A stretch of DNA of 64,000 nucleotides from an uncultured Nitrospirales bacterium (GTDB lineage: Bacteria; Hydrogenedentota; Hydrogenedentia; Hydrogenedentales; CAILVY01). Location: NCBI GenBank assembly GCA_964474205.1, contig CAYYRW010000004.1, forward strand, positions 67,050 through 131,049, read 5' to 3'. Below are positions 60,118 through 64,000 of this stretch, one piece after another (the stretch's first letter is position 1; each line of letters begins with the position of its first letter). The notes under the pieces are model-generated. The model made no database searches, was not told the DNA's origin, and worked only from the letters and a program-made list of their open reading frames with translations. The position numbers and the translations under genes were made by a program.

Positions 60118-61278
60118 CTACAATTCGTCCTGCAACATTTTGATCTCTTTCTTGAGATCCTCCTGATGTTTCCATTCACTGCCCTTTTCCCGCCAGAATT
60201 CGAGCGCGCTGCCCGCATCTTCGGTCAGGCTGCGTAAATCCACCACGGTGGGGGACACAAACACGAGCAAATGGCGCACATCGGCCTCCGCCTTGCGTTT
60301 TCGGAAGGCCATGCCCAACACAGGAATTTTCCCGAGGAGCGGAACGCGCCGCTCTTCCTTGGTGACGGTGCGGCTGGAGAGTCCGCCGATGACCAGGGTC
60401 TGTCCGCTGGGCACCACCACAAAGCCGGTTTGCGAGCGTTTGGAGAAAACGGGCAAATCCAGCGCTTTTACCTTGACGGTGGTATTTTCACTTACTTCCA
60501 ATTGTTGCAAATGGAGTTGCACGAAATCATTGGGCAGGATGGTGGGCTGAAGGGCCATGTTCACGCCGACATCGCGCCACGCCATGGCCAGGGCCGGCGC
60601 GCCTTTGGGGTACGTAACGGATTGATAGGGCACCTGCGACCCCGCTTTAATCGTGGCGACGGTGCCATTCACCACCAGAATCTCCGGCTTGGAAATCAAA
60701 TCGAGATCCGTCTTGCTTTCAATAGCGCGAAAAGCGCCTTCCAAGGTGCCTGAGCCAGAAGCAATAATCCCCGCTTCCATGCCGAATCCGCTGGGGACCG
60801 TGCCGGTGCGCAAGGGCGTGGAAGCAACTGTGGGGACGCCCCCCACGCCCGGGGCGAGCGGGGGCGCGGCTGAAGGCGCGGGCAACGTGGCCGTTCCGAA
60901 ATCGTTGGCCGCATTGAACATTTGTGTGCTTACCTGCCGGAGACTGTTATTCTGTTCATTATATTGCTGCGGGTTGGTGGCAAATTCCGCCGGGGTAAAA
61001 CGGGTATAGGAAAGGTTTGCTCCCAGTTTGCGCACGCCGTTTTCGTCCGTTTCGCTGATCCAGACTTGAACCTGAACCTGCCGGATATCCGCAGGCGGCG
61101 GTGGAGGTTCGGGGGCCGCAGGGGCCGCTTCCGGCGCGGGCGCGGGGGCGGGGGCTGGCGCTGCTTCCGGCGCGGGCGCGGGGGCCGGCGCGGGCGGCGG
61201 GGCTTGTGTATTTCCCCATGGCGCCGCCACCAGGAGCAGCACAGCACCCAAGAGAACTATACGCATGCTCCGTTTCAT
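60118..61278 (-). CDS. Secretin-family protein (short, canonical C-terminal secretin domain) with Pro/Ala-rich N-terminal linker
   Basis: Signal peptide. PAPAPAPAPEAAP repeats. Secretin signature ...GQTLVIGGL...VPLLGKIPVLGMAFRKRKAEADVRHLLVFVSPTVV. 4-nt ATGA overlap with the upstream secretin paralog. Confidence 0.8.
   Translation of the reverse strand: MKRSMRIVLLGAVLLLVAAPWGNTQAPPPAPAPAPAPEAAPAPAPAPAPEAAPAAPEPPPPPADIRQVQVQVWISETDENGVRKLGANLSYTRFTPAEFATNPQQYNEQNNSLRQVSTQMFNAANDFGTATLPAPSAAPPLAPGVGGVPTVASTPLRTGTVPSGFGMEAGIIASGSGTLEGAFRAIESKTDLDLISKPEILVVNGTVATIKAGSQVPYQSVTYPKGAPALAMAWRDVGVNMALQPTILPNDFVQLHLQQLEVSENTTVKVKALDLPVFSKRSQTGFVVVPSGQTLVIGGLSSRTVTKEERRVPLLGKIPVLGMAFRKRKAEADVRHLLVFVSPTVVDLRSLTEDAGSALEFWREKGSEWKHQEDLKKEIKMLQDEL
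61127..61198. repeat. In-frame 36-bp tandem repeat x2 encoding the Pro/Ala-rich linker
   Basis: gcttccggcgcgggcgcggggg occurs at 61127 and 61163. Very GC-rich. Confidence 0.8.
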
Positions 61279-62402
61279 TGTTTCTTGTCTCCACCCAGTT
61301 CCGCGGCCACGGGATCCTTTTTCTGATCTCCGGATATGCCATGCACAATGTTTTGCGGGATATCCGTGATGCCGCCAATGACGCCGGTGATGACATCGGA
61401 AGGCGATTTTTTCTTGGACTCTTTTTTGTCCGTTTCTTTATCGCCGGCGTTTTCTTCGGTGAATCCGAAATCATCGGCCACCGTAAACGCGGGCTTCCAC
61501 AATTCGGCTTTGATCAAGAACACCAACTCGCGGCGGATGTCGCGGTTATCCTGTTTTCCCACCGAGGCCGACATGGGCACCTGGGGGACCGTGAACGGCA
61601 TGATCCGCTGCACCAGGCTGTTGGTGAAATCTTCCCCCTGGGCCAGCCAAGGCAGGGTGGAGAGGTCTTTCTGATTCTTCTTGAAATACAGGCCGCCCAA
61701 CACCAGCACTTGGCCGTGGCGCACCCAGACCGTGGTGGTGATGCTCCGGGAAATAAATTCCGGAACTTCGATCGTGCTGCCCCCCATAATAGGGTCAAGG
61801 GCCACGCTCATGGATTGTCCGCGGTCATTCACCGTGGCGGTCAAGGTGAGTTGAATATAGGTGTCTTCCGTGGTGGCCGGATTGCCGTCATCGTCCACCA
61901 CCTTGGTGGCCAGGACGTTCAGCGTGACGCCGGTGGGTTTGAAATTGGTGACGCGCGTGGCGGTCACCCCCACCACCACGATGTCTTCATAGGGGACTTC
62001 TCGGGTGGTTTCGATGATGGTGGGAACGGTTTGGCCCACTTGGACCATCACTTTGGGCTGGGAAAGAATGGAGGCGCGGTTTTGCGACACCAGCGCCTGC
62101 AGGGTAACTTCCATCTGGCCGTAGGCGGTGTAAATGCGGTCGACAAACACGGAGAGCGCGGCGTCCGGGGCGGGGAAGGTGATGTCCGCGCTCTCGATGT
62201 GGCCATTGTGATCGGCGACGCGCCCGTACGGCTGGGGATTGTCCTTATGTTTGAAATAGGCGTTCAAGCCGGTTTCCAGCAGCTTGTTCATTTGGAACTC
62301 AACCACTTTCACCGACACATTCACCTGTTGTTGTTCCTGTGCCGCCGTGAAGGTGGCGCCCGCCAGAAAACTTCCCAGCGCTATGTAAAAAAGCCGTTTC
62401 AT
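61275..62402 (-). CDS. Secretin-family paralog (divergent C-terminal gate/S-region)
   Basis: Signal peptide MKRLFYIALGSFLAGATFTAAQ (ATG 62402; ORF open to 62537). Secretin core SQPKVMVQVGQTVP...ITTTVWVRHGQVLVLGGL. The C-terminal segment lacks the usual IPxLG motif. Confidence 0.75.
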   Translation of the reverse strand: MKRLFYIALGSFLAGATFTAAQEQQQVNVSVKVVEFQMNKLLETGLNAYFKHKDNPQPYGRVADHNGHIESADITFPAPDAALSVFVDRIYTAYGQMEVTLQALVSQNRASILSQPKVMVQVGQTVPTIIETTREVPYEDIVVVGVTATRVTNFKPTGVTLNVLATKVVDDDGNPATTEDTYIQLTLTATVNDRGQSMSVALDPIMGGSTIEVPEFISRSITTTVWVRHGQVLVLGGLYFKKNQKDLSTLPWLAQGEDFTNSLVQRIMPFTVPQVPMSASVGKQDNRDIRRELVFLIKAELWKPAFTVADDFGFTEENAGDKETDKKESKKKSPSDVITGVIGGITDIPQNIVHGISGDQKKDPVAAELGGDKKQ

Positions 62403-62406
62403 GCGG

Positions 62407-63432
62407 TTACCGTTGGAACGTGCCGAGGCATTCATAGCGTTCCACGTTGTCAATGGTGTCAAAATTGGTGAACCGTGCGCTGAACGGGCGCTTTTCGCCC
62501 GGCTGCATCCGGCCCACCGCGAACGTTTGCGTGTCATAAATCATGTTGCCAAAGCCGTAGATGGTGATGATCACCTGGACGTTGCTCAAGGCCTCCTGCC
62601 CCCGGTTCACTACTTCGCCCGTGACGTTATAGGTGGTGTCCTTGAGCGAACTGTTGGTCCATGAGCCAAAGCGTCCGCTGCGGAACGACCGGGTGTTGTA
62701 CACCACCACGGGATTCTGTTCGGCGAAGCGCCGTTCCACTTCCGCGGGCGTCAGGACCGTGAACGAGCCGTCCGGTTCGCGTTCCATCCGGTTTCGGATG
62801 GTGGCGTCGGAAACCAGTTGTGGCCATTGCTGAAGAATTTGTCTATACACCTCACCCGCTTCGGCGTACTGGCCGTTCTTCCAATATAAGTCGGCCAGTT
62901 CGAGTTGTTCGGGAAAGGAGTCCGGCGGTTGCTGCCGCGCTTCGGCGATTTTAACCTGCACGGCTTCTTTTTCCGCTTTCGCGCGCGCCGCCTGGTCTTC
63001 GAGTTTTGCCACGTAGTCGCGGCTCATGGCGGCATATTGTCCATCCGGGGCTTTTGCCAGATAGTCCGAAAAGTAATTATGGGCATCGCGGTAACCGCCG
63101 ATCTTGTAATAAGTCAATCCCAGAAAATAGCGTGCCTCAATGCCCGGCTGGGTGCTGGAATTTTTCGAGAGCACCTGCATGAGGCGCGGGATCGCCAGGG
63201 AATATTCGCCCGCCCGCACCATCCGCTGGGCCACGGCCAGTTCCGTATTGGCCGCCCCGGTGTTCAACACGGGATTGTCCTGGATGGGATTGGCCCCCAC
63301 GGCGCGGGTGGAATTGCTGGGGGCCGTGGCGCAGCCCGCGCAAATCAAGGCAAGGCAGCATGCGCCCGCCGCGCGAAATAAATGATAGCCCGTGCTCCGG
63401 CTCACTATCCGCCTGGATTTGACTGAGGTCAT
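62407..63432 (-). CDS. TPR-repeat lipoprotein (pilotin/PilF-like candidate) with extra C-terminal domain
   Basis: Signal peptide plus lipobox-like LALICAGCA. TPR-like helices (ARYFLGLTYYKIGGYRDAHNYFSDYLAKAP, LADLYWKNGQYAEAGEVYRQIL). 4-nt gap to the secretin gene. Confidence 0.65.
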   Translation of the reverse strand: MTSVKSRRIVSRSTGYHLFRAAGACCLALICAGCATAPSNSTRAVGANPIQDNPVLNTGAANTELAVAQRMVRAGEYSLAIPRLMQVLSKNSSTQPGIEARYFLGLTYYKIGGYRDAHNYFSDYLAKAPDGQYAAMSRDYVAKLEDQAARAKAEKEAVQVKIAEARQQPPDSFPEQLELADLYWKNGQYAEAGEVYRQILQQWPQLVSDATIRNRMEREPDGSFTVLTPAEVERRFAEQNPVVVYNTRSFRSGRFGSWTNSSLKDTTYNVTGEVVNRGQEALSNVQVIITIYGFGNMIYDTQTFAVGRMQPGEKRPFSARFTNFDTIDNVERYECLGTFQR

Positions 63433-63449
63433 GCCACCGTTTCCAGTAC

Positions 63450-63857
63450 TTAGTTGGTTTGATCCATCTTCTTCAGCACAAGATCCGTGATATCGTCCGC
63501 GGGAATGGGGGGCTGCAATGTGCCCAAATAACTGGCGGCGGCGATAAAATCATAGGACCCGTCTTTCGCGGCTTCGGCAATCAGCCGGACAGCATGGTTG
63601 CTGGCTTGACTGACGAGTATCCAGTACTTCGCCGTGTTTTGCTCAATCTTGTTTTTCTTGATGGACAGATATTCCGGAGTTGCCTTCACCACGCGCTCGT
63701 AGTTCACCTTGGCCGGTTTCTGGAAACTGCTGGCGGAGCCCCAGTACACCTTCTTGGCATCCACTTTCTCCACCGGGATGGTATACGTCTCAGCCACCAC
63801 GGTTGACGCAAGCAGCGCACATATTGCCCCCATGGCTATGTAATGGCGTATTCTCAT
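63450..63857 (-). CDS. Small secreted hypothetical protein (135 aa)
   Basis: Signal peptide MRIRHYIAMGAICALLASTVVAE. First gene of the apparent small-protein/TPR/secretin/secretin/lnt/murJ string. Confidence 0.5.
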   Translation of the reverse strand: MRIRHYIAMGAICALLASTVVAETYTIPVEKVDAKKVYWGSASSFQKPAKVNYERVVKATPEYLSIKKNKIEQNTAKYWILVSQASNHAVRLIAEAAKDGSYDFIAAASYLGTLQPPIPADDITDLVLKKMDQTN

Positions 63858-64000
63858 GGATTTCTTCGCCTCTATACACCCCCTGGTGGTCCTTCCTGTG
63901 AGGAAAGGCTTCCCATGGGGGTCTCGGTTCGTTCCTTCTTTCTGCCAATTCTACGATTTCGGGCAGGATATGTCAAGTATTACCCTTTGGGGGAACAAAA

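Overview
This is a roughly 60-62% GC chromosomal segment. By motif recognition from memory, not by database search, it most likely comes from a PVC-superphylum bacterium (Verrucomicrobia-, Kiritimatiellae- or Lentisphaerae-like). The evidence is a DUF1559 protein with a prepilin-type N-terminus, a PulG-like pilin, sulfatase- and glycoside-hydrolase-like genes, and a large secreted beta-helix protein.

The housekeeping backbone is dense and almost all on the minus strand:
- rpsF-ssb-rpsR-DUF2232-rplI-dnaB-dapA
- carB-greA
- murJ-lnt
- uvrD/pcrA-pheA on the plus strand
- dsbD and cstA

An ECF sigma factor, a zf-HC2 anti-sigma factor and an LTXXQ (Spy/CpxP-like) protein form a three-gene envelope-stress module.

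Several blocks are accessory-looking and more interesting:
1. A low-GC (~42-45%) 1.4 kb islet lies between rpsF and a membrane-protein gene. It carries an uncharacterised two-gene cassette (small acidic protein plus 288-aa protein) and is a candidate novel defense or toxin-antitoxin (TA) module.
2. A TA hotspot sits at the 3' end of murJ. HicB-HicA and DUF433-DUF5615 cassettes are each preceded by a duplicated copy of the murJ 3' tail plus a shared leader/RBS. One copy is a murJ remnant with an internal deletion.
3. A PIN-domain cassette is flanked by ~60-75 bp direct repeats and includes a partial duplication of its small partner ORF.
4. A 1343-aa secreted multidomain protein combines a PA14-like domain, a TolB-like beta-propeller, two CxxCH heme motifs and a C-terminal FGE/SUMF1-like domain.
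5. Two translationally coupled secretin-domain paralogs follow a TPR lipoprotein and a small secreted protein, directly upstream of lnt-murJ.
6. A TetR-regulated operon encodes a ceramidase-like (CREST) membrane hydrolase, a sphingosine-1-phosphate-lyase-like PLP enzyme and an MFS transporter.
7. dhaK-dhaL, a DhnA-type class I aldolase and a Tat-signal cupin form a cluster.

No rRNA, tRNA or CRISPR array was recognised. Many long ORFs antisense to real genes are GC-driven artefacts.
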